Source of the DNA: a virus
DNA: 35,363 nucleotides
UHGV virus genome: UHGV-0299546
Direction: 5' to 3' (one strand)
Position 1 is the first letter of the stretch. The number at the start of each line of letters is the position of its first letter. Below are positions 1-8,831 of the stretch, piece by piece. The notes beneath the pieces were generated by a model. The model searched no databases. It saw nothing but the letters and a program-made list of their open reading frames with translations, and had not been told where the DNA came from. The position numbers and the translations under genes were made by a program.

Positions 1-173
1 CTGCACCTCCTTAAGTTATACAAAGTATAACTCACGGTGCTACAGGCAACGTTTTACCCCTGCGCATTTGTGAACGCCAGCAGAGTTTTTTATGCGTTAA
101 TAGATATGGAAAGCGGCTCGGAGAGAAAAGCAAAAGGTGAGGGAATTACAAAACAGAATGCGAGTCGTCTCGC

Positions 174-211
174 AAAAAACAACGCCACCCGAAGGTGACA
201 TGAAGGTGGCC
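174..211 (-). terminator. Hairpin (GCCACC...GGTGGC) followed by a T-run on the minus strand, downstream of int; overlaps the candidate att core
   Basis: Inverted repeat 184-189/205-210; A-run 174-179 on plus strand = U-tract on the minus-strand transcript. Confidence 0.4.
183..197. repeat. Left copy of 15-bp direct repeat CGCCACCCGAAGGTG (right copy 35245-35259); candidate attL core
   Basis: Exact 15-mer found at both window ends, about 100 bp from the int stop codon. Confidence 0.35.
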
Positions 212-290
212 GAACATACCGGCCTCCCTTTGATATATCAATTAGTTACATTAATATACATAGTCTTAAGTCGGCTTATTTAGTCCTATT

Positions 291-1286
291 TTATGGGCAA
301 TATCTGGACAACTCAGCCACAGGATTAAAACGCACAGCATCCTGCAAATAATCCGGTGCAAAATGGGCATAGGTCATCGTCTGCTGAATAGTGCTATGTC
401 CAAGTATTCTCTGCAAAGTGATGATATTCCCACCATTAATCATGAAGTGAGTGGCAAAGGTATGCCGTAAAACATGTATCGACTGCCCTTCAGGAAGATC
501 GGGCCTCACCTTTCTGATAGCCGTTCTGACAGCAGAATAACTTGGATAAATTAAACGACCAGTGGCCTTTGTTTTAATCATGCACTCCAGTTCTGACGAT
601 ATAGGTATAACGCGACGCTTCCCATTTTTGGTTTCCATAAAAATGACTTTGCCGCTAATAACATGCTCCCCCTTGATATTTGCAACTTCACTCCATCTTC
701 CACCTGTTGCCAGACACAACAAGACGGCTTTTAATTCATCACCAGATAACAACTCCAGTAATCGTGGAATATCTTCATGATACAAATAAGCCATTTCAGG
801 CTGTTTGATATTAAGTTTTTTCACATCATGAAACGGATTAGCCCCAGAATATTCCTCTGCGTCAATTAGTTTTGTGAAAAAACCACTCATCATTGCGCAA
901 TAACGATTAACCGTGGATTGTTTTATTCCGCGGTTAAGCAACAATAACCGATAATTAATTATGTTTTTACGAGTAAGTTGATCACTGCGTGTAACATTAA
1001 TACTTTCAAGATCACTAATGACCGCAGCAATACGCACTCGCTCCATCGCACCGTAAGGATGATTTTTACCGTGATACAACCACCAACAATCCAGCAGCTC
1101 CCTCAGCGAGCGCCGTTCTGTTGGCTTATCAACCCAGCCTTTGTCGTGGTAATGCTGCAATACATGACGCTCATACAAAACAGCCTCACCACGAGTATCA
1201 AATCGCCGCCTGAATCTCTTTCCTTCTGATCCAGCTGGCCGCACGTCCACACAAAATTTGCCATTAGCGAGCTTCTTAATCGACAT
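291..1286 (-). CDS. int: Phage integrase, tyrosine recombinase (P2 Int-like)
   Basis: Translation resembles P2 Int along its length (C-terminal HxLRHTFATHFMINGG...TLQRILGH...YAHFAP block). Start moved to ATG at 1286 (MSIKKL...), which has a GGAGG RBS 10 nt upstream; the ORF-track start at 1322 has none. Confidence 0.93.
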   Translation of the reverse strand: MSIKKLANGKFCVDVRPAGSEGKRFRRRFDTRGEAVLYERHVLQHYHDKGWVDKPTERRSLRELLDCWWLYHGKNHPYGAMERVRIAAVISDLESINVTRSDQLTRKNIINYRLLLLNRGIKQSTVNRYCAMMSGFFTKLIDAEEYSGANPFHDVKKLNIKQPEMAYLYHEDIPRLLELLSGDELKAVLLCLATGGRWSEVANIKGEHVISGKVIFMETKNGKRRVIPISSELECMIKTKATGRLIYPSYSAVRTAIRKVRPDLPEGQSIHVLRHTFATHFMINGGNIITLQRILGHSTIQQTMTYAHFAPDYLQDAVRFNPVAELSRYCP

Positions 1287-1352
1287 AAGGAAGCCCTCCA
1301 ATGAAAACATCATTTTGATCACAGCTCTGGGAAATAAATGCCTGGTGAACCG

Positions 1353-1646
1353 TTAACCAGTTTTCTTGCCGGAGCGGGATAATTCCGCTTCGTTTTGCCC
1401 AATGTGTGCGAGAGCCGGTACAACCTGCCCGGCCTTAGGTTCAACTTCATCAAACAAAAACCAGTCGCGATATTTAGAAAATCTTGGGTGCTTGAAAAGC
1501 TTGATAGTGATCTCAAGGCCAGGAAGGTTACGACCATACTCATAACTGGTCAGAGCAGAATAAGAAATCCCAATCATATCAGCGAATTCCCGCTGAGTGA
1601 GATCTTCAGATTTACGCATGACGCGAATTTTTTGAGGAATGTCCAT
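1353..1646 (-). CDS. C: Immunity repressor C (P2 C-like)
   Basis: 98 aa from ATG at 1646 (MDIPQKIRVMRKSE...); resembles P2 C along its length, including the C-terminal PALAHIGQNE...SGKKTG; lies between int and cox as in P2. Confidence 0.85.
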   Translation of the reverse strand: MDIPQKIRVMRKSEDLTQREFADMIGISYSALTSYEYGRNLPGLEITIKLFKHPRFSKYRDWFLFDEVEPKAGQVVPALAHIGQNEAELSRSGKKTG

Positions 1647-1688
1647 TTGACAAACTCCTACATATGTGTAGATTAACACCACATATGA
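1647..1688 (+). promoter_or_regulatory. Candidate early promoter Pe with candidate C-repressor operator repeats
   Basis: Consensus -35 TTGACA at 1647-1652, 16-bp spacer, -10-like TAGATT at 1669-1674; direct repeat ACATATG at 1660-1666 and 1681-1687 (21 bp apart) flanking the -10. Confidence 0.4.
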
Positions 1689-1760
1689 ACAGCAAACAAA
1701 TGTTCTAAGTGGTTCCAACTAGTGCCAGTTAGAAAAAGCACCAATAGCGGAGGATATCAG

Positions 1761-2186
1761 ATGCAAGAAAGCACTCAAAACGCGCCTGAGTCACTTTGCG
1801 GAACACGATGCGATCACCTGTCAGAAATGCCAGAAGGTGAGCATCAAAAAACAGGACGCAAAGCACGTGAACGTGAAGAAATTCGACTTTCAGAAAATCC
1901 CTCGCATCTCCTGTCAAAAGAAGGATTTGCGATGTATATCGGAAAGACCGTTGATGCCATCGTAAGCATGGCAAAAGCAGGAAAGCTACCTGCGGTGTAT
2001 ATGGCGGACCCTCTCAAGCCAGGCGGAAACGCTGAACTCTACATCAACAGAAAAGCGTGGGATGAAGCATGCGATCGCCTCATCGAAAACGCACCTCAGG
2101 AATGGCACGACTGGGAAAACCGTCTGTTTTTGTTTAAGCCAACAAGTGGCAGACGAAACAGAAACATCAGCGGTAAAGCAGCATAA
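1761..2186 (+). CDS. cox: Cox-like excisionase / early transcriptional regulator
   Basis: Segment FAMYIGKTVDAIVSMAKAGKLPAVYMADP...ELYINRKAW resembles P2 Cox; GGAGGA RBS at 1749-1754 before ATG 1761. Start is uncertain (in-frame ATGs also at 1722, 1827, 1932). Confidence 0.6.
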   Translation: MQESTQNAPESLCGTRCDHLSEMPEGEHQKTGRKAREREEIRLSENPSHLLSKEGFAMYIGKTVDAIVSMAKAGKLPAVYMADPLKPGGNAELYINRKAWDEACDRLIENAPQEWHDWENRLFLFKPTSGRRNRNISGKAA

Positions 2187-2223
2187 CTCAAACCATAATT
2201 CATTTTAGACGGAGTATTTTGAT

Positions 2224-2574
2224 ATGAAGGAGCGGCGTAATTCTCCACAGCAGCGCTTCCGCAACGGTGCAGAACGCCATGCTAACCGTTTCGCTACCAG
2301 TGCATCACGCAGCAACTCTCGCTACAGCCTGAGCGAAACACACGCAACGCCGGATGGCTACCCCGTAAAACAAATCGGCGAGCACACCTGGCTGATTGAG
2401 AAAGCTGGAATCGTGGTCCACAAATGCCCACGCAATCCGTTTACCGGAAACCGCATTTTTGCATTGAGCTGCGGCGACAATCAGCTCGGACAGGATTTCA
2501 CATTGTACGAAGCACTACGCACGGTTGATCGTCTGCTTCGCGGGCAAGGTTTTATTAAACAGGCTGACTTATAA
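2224..2574 (+). CDS. Hypothetical early-region protein
   Basis: 116-aa ORF with GGAG RBS 9 nt upstream; position corresponds to the P2 early operon. Confidence 0.55.
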   Translation: MKERRNSPQQRFRNGAERHANRFATSASRSNSRYSLSETHATPDGYPVKQIGEHTWLIEKAGIVVHKCPRNPFTGNRIFALSCGDNQLGQDFTLYEALRTVDRLLRGQGFIKQADL

Positions 2575-2584
2575 CAGGTGATTT

Positions 2585-2872
2585 ATGACCAAAGACTATG
2601 CACAAGGTGTATTTATCCGCTTTATTGATTTTCGCGGTGAACTGTTATTACGCGCATCCGCTATTGATGGAGTGACTCCGGCGGGTAAAAACGGAGCCGC
2701 CGAAGCCACTTACGTTTATCTGAACGGCACACGACTGCTTGTGGAACTTCCGTACCAGAGCGTACGAGAAATCATTAACGAAGCTGAAAAGGCACGTCAG
2801 GTTAATGGCGATAAACCCTATATCGAAATTATTTGTATGGATTCAGAAGCAGAAATCCAGAAGGCAGATTAA
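2585..2872 (+). CDS. Hypothetical early-region protein
   Basis: 95-aa ORF, AGGTGA RBS, tightly packed with neighbours. Confidence 0.55.
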   Translation: MTKDYAQGVFIRFIDFRGELLLRASAIDGVTPAGKNGAAEATYVYLNGTRLLVELPYQSVREIINEAEKARQVNGDKPYIEIICMDSEAEIQKAD

Positions 2873-2882
2873 AGGGTGTGCG

Positions 2883-3125
2883 ATGGACAAAGAATATAAA
2901 GCTCTCGTCAATAAAGCACTTGAGCGTTTTCATTTTCGCTTAAACACATCAGGGCTTCACGCCGAACACGCAGCCCATGATTCATTAGCAAGGGCAATCA
3001 GAAGCCTTTATGACGTGGCCTTTTACGCTGACGATTTGGATGCAATTAACGAACTTTCCGAACTCGTCTGCGCTGCAGAATGCGGGGATCGCATTGAACC
3101 ATATAAACTGGGGAATATCGCATGA
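2883..3125 (+). CDS. Hypothetical early-region protein
   Basis: 80 aa from ATG 2883 (MDKEYKALVNK...), in frame with ORF-track entry 2739..3125. Confidence 0.5.
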   Translation: MDKEYKALVNKALERFHFRLNTSGLHAEHAAHDSLARAIRSLYDVAFYADDLDAINELSELVCAAECGDRIEPYKLGNIA

Positions 3126-3235
3126 GTATATTTATGTCATGGATTGTTCTGATTATTTCGGTGGCCTGCGCAATCGGGATTATGCGAATTATTCATTCAG
3201 TGAAAAAGATTGAGCGTTTTTTCTCTGACGAATAA
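3122..3235 (+). CDS. Possible 37-aa hydrophobic small membrane protein
   Basis: Hand-translated MSIFMSWIVLIISVACAIGIMRIIHSVKKIERFFSDE; ATG overlaps the upstream stop (ATGA); below the ORF-track size cutoff. Confidence 0.3.
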   Translation: MSIFMSWIVLIISVACAIGIMRIIHSVKKIERFFSDE

Positions 3236-3328
3236 CAGCACAAATAAAACACCAGATTAAATAAGAAAACGTGAAAACCATCCGAATTAGCGGAGGCATT
3301 CACACACGTAAATAATGGAGATACAAAA

Positions 3329-3739
3329 ATGAACGCAAAAGAAAAAGGCATTGTAACTGCGCTAAAAAATATATCGAAGACCGCAAACAAAGCCATTCAG
3401 GATGCAACAAATGCAGGAATGATTGGGCCTGCCACCACAGCCATGATGATAGCAAGAGTAACCGCCGAAGCAGCCGAAATTATCGAAAAACAGGATGCTG
3501 AACTAACGGTTCTCAGAACACAACCAGTCACCGGACTGGATTTGTCTAACACCGGACGCCTTATTTACACAATTGGCTCGGAGCCACAGCAATACACCAT
3601 TATCGCCGGATTACAGGATAAATACCTGATCACTCCTCACCCCATAAGGGAATCAGAAATTCTGACAAATCTCCGCCTGATAGAGCGCTCTCAAGTCGCA
3701 TTCATTGATGGCGCGCAACGTGCCGTATTTAACGCATAG
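3329..3739 (+). CDS. Hypothetical early-region protein
   Basis: 136-aa ORF with GGAG RBS. Confidence 0.55.
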   Translation: MNAKEKGIVTALKNISKTANKAIQDATNAGMIGPATTAMMIARVTAEAAEIIEKQDAELTVLRTQPVTGLDLSNTGRLIYTIGSEPQQYTIIAGLQDKYLITPHPIRESEILTNLRLIERSQVAFIDGAQRAVFNA

Positions 3740-3762
3740 GGCTATTGGGCAAAGAGAGCGTA

Positions 3763-3966
3763 ATGGCAATTAAGCATTTTCCCGTCGTTCGCTTTACCTC
3801 CAGAGGACGCGAATACGAGGTCGACGAACGCCTGATTACCACTATCGACAAACACCGTTCAGAAAAGGATGCACATCACATCTATCTCACTGACGGCACT
3901 TACTTCTGCGCCACGAATGTGGTGCGGGTGAACCTTATCCGACAGGCACAGGAGTCACGCAGATGA
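3763..3966 (+). CDS. Hypothetical early-region protein
   Basis: ATG 3763 (MAIKHF...) preceded by AGAGAG; alternative start at 3745. Confidence 0.45.
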   Translation: MAIKHFPVVRFTSRGREYEVDERLITTIDKHRSEKDAHHIYLTDGTYFCATNVVRVNLIRQAQESRR

Positions 3967-4208
3967 CCATTCTGGACTACATCGCTGCCAATCCGGGTTG
4001 TAGCGGTGGAGAAATCGCCGCAGCACTGAATACCCCAACCACAACCATTAATGCGGAGTTACGCCGACTCTGGCGCGACGGCTTAGTCATCAGAGAAGAA
4101 CGCAAAACAGGCGGTCGGTTCTCTTACCAGGTAAACCCGATGCCGTTCGGGTGTGGCAACCCACTTACTCACATGTTTAACCAGCTACTGAAGGAAGCCA
4201 GAGCATGA
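3963..4208 (+). CDS. Small putative winged-helix DNA-binding protein
   Basis: 81 aa; translationally coupled (ATGA overlaps at both ends); the winged-helix call is judged by eye from the translation. Confidence 0.5.
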   Translation: MTILDYIAANPGCSGGEIAAALNTPTTTINAELRRLWRDGLVIREERKTGGRFSYQVNPMPFGCGNPLTHMFNQLLKEARA

Positions 4209-4504
4209 GCACCATCAACCACCAGGAACTACGCGAACTGGCGACTGACCTGCAACGAATGGCAACGCATCAAAAATTACTGGCGTTTCGCGCAATGCTC
4301 TCGCCATCTGCCGTGCTGGCACTGCTGGATGAGCTGGAGCACGCCAGAACCATGGCTCCTGCCATTCGTCTGACGCTCCATCATGAAATCAAGGATTTCT
4401 GCGCACAGCTGGAGTCACCTGGTGAATCAGAAACACCGGAAGCAATGCAGCAAGAGCCGCTGCAACGCATCGACAAGGTTTTTGATTTTTTCCTTAACCA
4501 GTAA
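4205..4504 (+). CDS. Hypothetical early-region protein
   Basis: 99-aa ORF, AAGGAAG RBS, start overlaps the upstream stop. Confidence 0.5.
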   Translation: MSTINHQELRELATDLQRMATHQKLLAFRAMLSPSAVLALLDELEHARTMAPAIRLTLHHEIKDFCAQLESPGESETPEAMQQEPLQRIDKVFDFFLNQ

Positions 4505-4518
4505 GGGAGTAAATCACA

Positions 4519-5070
4519 ATGAAACTCAAACCAATGAGTACACCTGGTGTGGCTCCGGCACATGTAAAACCATGGACACAGCAGGAGGATGAACTTTTAG
4601 CCACGTTATACCACACCCACACAGCGCCGGAGCTGACCAAGCACCTTCAGAGAACCGAGTCAGCAATACGAAGCCGCATTCGTCTTTTGCTCTCTCAGGG
4701 GGTTATTCACGCCAAACGCCCCCACCTGAGCACAAAAGAACTCAGCATGCTCATCAGGAATCGCCACACAAAAACTATCCGGGAACTCGCGAATGAGCTG
4801 GGGCGCTCGCCATCCACAGTGGAACTGAACCTGAGAAAAAGAGGGTATCGGTTCAGGAAATACGGGGAACTCCACCACAGAACCAGATACAGCGATCACC
4901 TGGTGGAGTTGGTAACTGAACTGCGTGATGAGAAGGGGATGACATTCAGCGAAATCAGGAAGCACATCCGGGACACAGCCGGGATATCCCTTAAAAGATG
5001 GGTCCCCGCCCGGCTTTACGCACGATATACCGCCGCTGACACCGTGCTTTGCGAACTACTACCGGACTGA
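4519..5070 (+). CDS. Hypothetical basic protein, possibly DNA-binding
   Basis: 183 aa, AAGGGAG RBS; Arg/Lys-rich with HTH-like segments (judged by eye). Confidence 0.55.
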   Translation: MKLKPMSTPGVAPAHVKPWTQQEDELLATLYHTHTAPELTKHLQRTESAIRSRIRLLLSQGVIHAKRPHLSTKELSMLIRNRHTKTIRELANELGRSPSTVELNLRKRGYRFRKYGELHHRTRYSDHLVELVTELRDEKGMTFSEIRKHIRDTAGISLKRWVPARLYARYTAADTVLCELLPD

Positions 5071-5190
5071 GTAACCACTATGTACACACAAAAAAACCGC
5101 TTGCCATGCCGCAATCAGTCAGGTTACATTTCCGCTGCACCTCATAAAACGGGTGCCGGGATTTCCACCCCGCTGACAACTACAGCGCAC

Positions 5191-5210
5191 AACCGCGCCA
5201 GCGGTTTTTT
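5191..5210 (+). terminator. Candidate intrinsic terminator
   Basis: 6-bp stem AACCGC/GCGGTT with GCCA loop (5191-5206) followed by T7 (5204-5210). Confidence 0.4.
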
Positions 5211-5229
5211 TGTGCGTACTGTATCGCCA

Positions 5230-5390
5230 CGTCTTTTTCGCACACGAATTATGGTGGGGCGTACGGGGCCGACTTCGGTCGGGCCGGGTTCTGTAGTTGC
5301 CGGTTGTGGAAACCCTGTACGTCTCACCACCCCGAGTTTTCCACCTCTGGATGGTGAGTTTTCAAAACTTGCAACTACAGAGGCCACACC
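5230..5390 (+). other. GC-rich structured non-coding region (candidate sRNA or cis-regulatory leader)
   Basis: Hairpin GGCCGAC-TTCG-GTCGGGCC at 5265-5285 (UUCG tetraloop); inverted repeats CTCACCA/TGGTGAG (5323-5329 / 5351-5357) and CTGTAGTTGC/GCAACTACAG (5291-5300 / 5371-5380), the latter adjoining the RBS of the 5391 ORF. Confidence 0.3.
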
Positions 5391-5621
5391 ATGGCAAACC
5401 GCAAACAGCACCGCGCTATCGCGGAGCGTCGTCACATCCAGACTGAAATCAACCGCAGACTTTTCCGCGCATCACGCGTCGCGCAAATCATGCACATCAA
5501 TATGCTGCATGAGCGCAGCCACGCACTATCAAACATCTATTCCGCCGCTGTTTTCAGCTATCTGGCGGATGATCTGCACGAGCTTCAACAGCTCATCCAG
5601 CAGCAAAACAAACTCCATTAA
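5391..5621 (+). CDS. Hypothetical small helical protein
   Basis: 76-aa ORF with AGAGG RBS; composition looks protein-like, unlike the overlapping 205-aa frame. Confidence 0.5.
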   Translation: MANRKQHRAIAERRHIQTEINRRLFRASRVAQIMHINMLHERSHALSNIYSAAVFSYLADDLHELQQLIQQQNKLH

Positions 5622-5693
5622 TTCCTGTTCCGGGCCTTTCCTGCACCTTGCGGCGGGAGGCCTTCGCACATCTGTAACAAGAGGATTGCCGCA

Positions 5694-6059
5694 ATGATTC
5701 TCGCCAACGACTTTCTTGAATACCTGCTCAACACAGAACGTGATCTTGCCGCTCGCGTGCGTGAACGTTATGACATGTACCTGAAATCCCTGCCTGTACC
5801 GCAGCTCGCTGACGGAAAGATTGTTATTGATGGTCGCTACATGATTGACAGCCACGAGGGAAATTACAGGCTTTACCGCATTGAAGGTGGCACCCCGTCC
5901 GTTATTGGCATTTACCAGCGCCCATCCTCTGCAATCGTCGATGTGATTGCCGACAGCATCCGCATCACACATCGCCATGCCGACACAGAAGACACCGTGC
6001 TGGAAATTCAGCGGCTGGCTACAGTCTGCCGCGACACCCTGAATGGCATGACGAAGTAA
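5694..6059 (+). CDS. Hypothetical protein upstream of A (orf83-position)
   Basis: 121-aa ORF immediately preceding the replication gene. Confidence 0.55.
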   Translation: MILANDFLEYLLNTERDLAARVRERYDMYLKSLPVPQLADGKIVIDGRYMIDSHEGNYRLYRIEGGTPSVIGIYQRPSSAIVDVIADSIRITHRHADTEDTVLEIQRLATVCRDTLNGMTK

Positions 6060-6065
6060 ATCACT

Positions 6066-8831
6066 ATGACGGCAGAGTACATCAGGGACTGGCAACAACC
6101 GCGCCACGCAGTGGGGCGTGAAGGAACGGGGATCCCCGCTCCTGAATCCGCGCTTTCCTCCTGGCTGGATGCCTACCGGGCAGAGAACGAGCGCCGCCAG
6201 GAAATGGCTGATGCGGCGTTCTCCGCCACGCCGCTGGGCAACCTGATTAATAAAAGCCTGGACGCACAGGAAAAACAGGACAAAACCATCACACTGGCAG
6301 GAGACGCCAGAAAACAGGCACGCGGCGCGGTGGATGAAGCCATGGCCTCGCTGCGCCTGCTGCCGTCCTATCTGCGCGATCCGCTTATTCGCCACCTCTC
6401 CTTCCTTCGCAAAAAACAGGAAGCCGATCGCCGGAAAGGCAAAAAGAGCTGGCAGGCGGAACGCTATGCACGCGGAACCCTGCGCAAAATATTCGAACGT
6501 CTGGATCGCACTGACGGACGCTGGCTGACACCGGGTTATCGCTCCCTTGCCGGACGCGAACGCCTGGACGATTTGCTTTACCTGCCGCAGCTCAACAAAC
6601 ACCAGATACAGACGCTGGCCACCATGACGGCGGCGATGTTCAGCAGCACCTTCGAAAAGCTCTGCGATGGCTTTGGCGCGACTGATGGCGAGCTGACCAT
6701 GGATGTAACACTGAAGGCGTATCAGATGCTGGCCCGCATGGCGTTACACCTGCACGCTATGCCTCCACATTATGACGCTCTGACAACAGACAAAGACCGG
6801 AGGAACGAACCGGACACGGAGCTGCTGCCGGGCGCAATCCTTCGCCTGACCTGTGCGGAATGGTGGAAACGCAAACTGTGGCTGTTACGTTGCGAGTGGA
6901 GAGAAGAACAACTCCGCGCCGCCTGTCTGGTTTCCAGAAAAACATCGCCCTATCTGAGTCAGGACGCATTAAGTGAATTTCGCGCACAGCGCGAGAAAAC
7001 ACGCGATTTCCTGAAAAGTTTCATGCTGGAAAATGAAGACGGGTTCACGATTGATCTCGAGACGGTGTATTACGCGGGAGTAAGTAACCCGGTCCACCGT
7101 AAGGCAGAAATGATGGCCACCATGAAAGGGCTGGAACTTCTGGCCGAAGCCCGTGGCGACAAAGCGGTGTTTCTGACTGTCACCTGCCCGTCAAAATACC
7201 ACGCAACAACGGAGAACGGTCATCCGAACCCCAAATGGAACGGGGCCACCATGCGCGACTCCAGCGATTACCTGGTTAACACGTTTTTTGCGGCGGTCCG
7301 CAAAAAACTGAACCGCGACGGTCTGCGCTGGTATGGCATCCGCACGGTGGAGCCTCACCATGACGGCACCGTGCACTGGCATATGATGGTCTTTGCACAC
7401 CCGGACGAGATTGAAACCATCGTGTCCCACGTCTGCGATATTGCCATTCAGGAAGACCGCCACGAGCTGGGCGATGACATAACTCCGCGTTTTAAGGCGG
7501 AGTACGTAGACGGCTCAAAAGGCACGCCAACCAGCTACATCGCCACCTACATCGGAAAGAACCTGGACAGCCGCGCCGTGGATGGCATCGACCCGAAAAC
7601 GGGCAAGCCACGCATTGACCACGAAACAGGTAAATCAATGGCCGAGAGCGTGGAGCGCGCCATCGGCTGGGCGCGCCTTCACCGGGTCCGCCAGTTCCAG
7701 TTCTTTGGCATTCCCTCCCGTCAGGTGTGGCGTGAACTCCGCCGCCTTGCCAGCCAGATGGCACGCAACCCGGAAGGCCCGCAACGGCTGAAGGATGACG
7801 CAATGGATGCGGTTCTTGCTGCCGCTGATGCCGGGTGTTTTGCCACCTACATTGAAAAACAGGGTGGCGTACTTGTTCCGCGCAAGGACTACCTGATTCG
7901 CACCGCCTACGACCTCGCAGATGAGCTGAACGATTACGGCGAACAAAGCGTACAGATTTACGGGATCTGGTCGCCACTCATCGGGGAATCCTCCCGTGTG
8001 TGCACGCATCCGGATAACTGGAAGCTGGTAAGACGCAAACCGGAAGCGGAAGACAGCGCCCGCGAAAATGGTTTTGACCTTCAGGGCGGCCCTGCCGCCC
8101 CTTGGACTCGTGGCAATAACTGTCCCCGTGTACAGGAAACGGACAACAACGGGACAGAACAGCAGGAAGAACGGCCAGCACTGTGGCCGCAGCTTCCTGA
8201 CGGCGTTGATGTGGATGAATGGATGCGCTCACTGAAACGGCACGAACGCCGGGCGCTGATGCGTTCGCTTCGTGACAAACAGGCAAAAAACAGCAGTGAT
8301 GAAATGCAGAGCTGGACACAGAGCCGCAAACAGCAGCGGCCTTTGCCTGATAACCACGAATTACTCGCTAAAGAATGGCGGGAATCTGCCGAATCTCTCG
8401 GCCTGCATATCGGTGAACAGCAGATGCAGCACCTGTTACGAGGCGGCAGTCTGTACGTTGACGGCAGCATCATTGCACCGCAGGGATTTGAAATTGTACG
8501 CAAACCAGATACCCGACCGGACAGCCGAATCACGCAGCTCTGGCAGCGCCTGAGCCGTAATCACGGCGTAAACAGCACGGAAATCCGCCATAACCCGGTT
8601 TCCAGCTATCTGAAACAGCTCGAGGCATCAGACCCTGAAGCCGCTGCACGCCTGGCATCCACAATTCAGCAGGACCAGAACACCATGAAAACTCCCGTTA
8701 CCGTGCTTTCTGACATGCTGCGCGCCATCCGTGACGCAGAGCACGCACAGAGAATCAATGAAACCACTGAACGCGCACGTCACAAGGCGGGTCTGTTGCA
8801 GGACAAAGGCAATAGCGAGAAGAAAAAATAA
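6066..8831 (+). CDS. A: Replication initiation protein gpA (rolling-circle HUH endonuclease)
   Basis: 921 aa; HUH-type motif TVHWHMMVF and paired catalytic tyrosines in YIATYIGK, typical of the P2 A family. Confidence 0.9.
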   Translation: MTAEYIRDWQQPRHAVGREGTGIPAPESALSSWLDAYRAENERRQEMADAAFSATPLGNLINKSLDAQEKQDKTITLAGDARKQARGAVDEAMASLRLLPSYLRDPLIRHLSFLRKKQEADRRKGKKSWQAERYARGTLRKIFERLDRTDGRWLTPGYRSLAGRERLDDLLYLPQLNKHQIQTLATMTAAMFSSTFEKLCDGFGATDGELTMDVTLKAYQMLARMALHLHAMPPHYDALTTDKDRRNEPDTELLPGAILRLTCAEWWKRKLWLLRCEWREEQLRAACLVSRKTSPYLSQDALSEFRAQREKTRDFLKSFMLENEDGFTIDLETVYYAGVSNPVHRKAEMMATMKGLELLAEARGDKAVFLTVTCPSKYHATTENGHPNPKWNGATMRDSSDYLVNTFFAAVRKKLNRDGLRWYGIRTVEPHHDGTVHWHMMVFAHPDEIETIVSHVCDIAIQEDRHELGDDITPRFKAEYVDGSKGTPTSYIATYIGKNLDSRAVDGIDPKTGKPRIDHETGKSMAESVERAIGWARLHRVRQFQFFGIPSRQVWRELRRLASQMARNPEGPQRLKDDAMDAVLAAADAGCFATYIEKQGGVLVPRKDYLIRTAYDLADELNDYGEQSVQIYGIWSPLIGESSRVCTHPDNWKLVRRKPEAEDSARENGFDLQGGPAAPWTRGNNCPRVQETDNNGTEQQEERPALWPQLPDGVDVDEWMRSLKRHERRALMRSLRDKQAKNSSDEMQSWTQSRKQQRPLPDNHELLAKEWRESAESLGLHIGEQQMQHLLRGGSLYVDGSIIAPQGFEIVRKPDTRPDSRITQLWQRLSRNHGVNSTEIRHNPVSSYLKQLEASDPEAAARLASTIQQDQNTMKTPVTVLSDMLRAIRDAEHAQRINETTERARHKAGLLQDKGNSEKKK

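Noticed and set aside
1-290. tRNA or tmRNA gene as integration target at the left end
   Set aside because: No cloverleaf-like segment or T-arm consensus seen; the repeat found is a simple hairpin, not a tRNA 3' end.
3010-3213. 67-aa plus-strand ORF
   Set aside because: Overlaps the 2883-3125 CDS and the better-supported 37-aa coupled ORF in other frames; no RBS.
5080-5697. 205-aa plus-strand ORF
   Set aside because: Ser/Thr/Ala-rich low-complexity translation spanning a structured non-coding region; the overlapping 76-aa frame (5391-5621) looks more protein-like.
5529-6602. 357-aa minus-strand ORF
   Set aside because: Antisense to the 5694 ORF and to the well-supported A gene; Arg/Ala/Gly-rich composition typical of a GC-rich shadow frame; no RBS.
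7492-8533. Several 100-160-aa minus-strand ORFs inside A
   Set aside because: Cys/Arg-rich shadow ORFs antisense to the replication gene.
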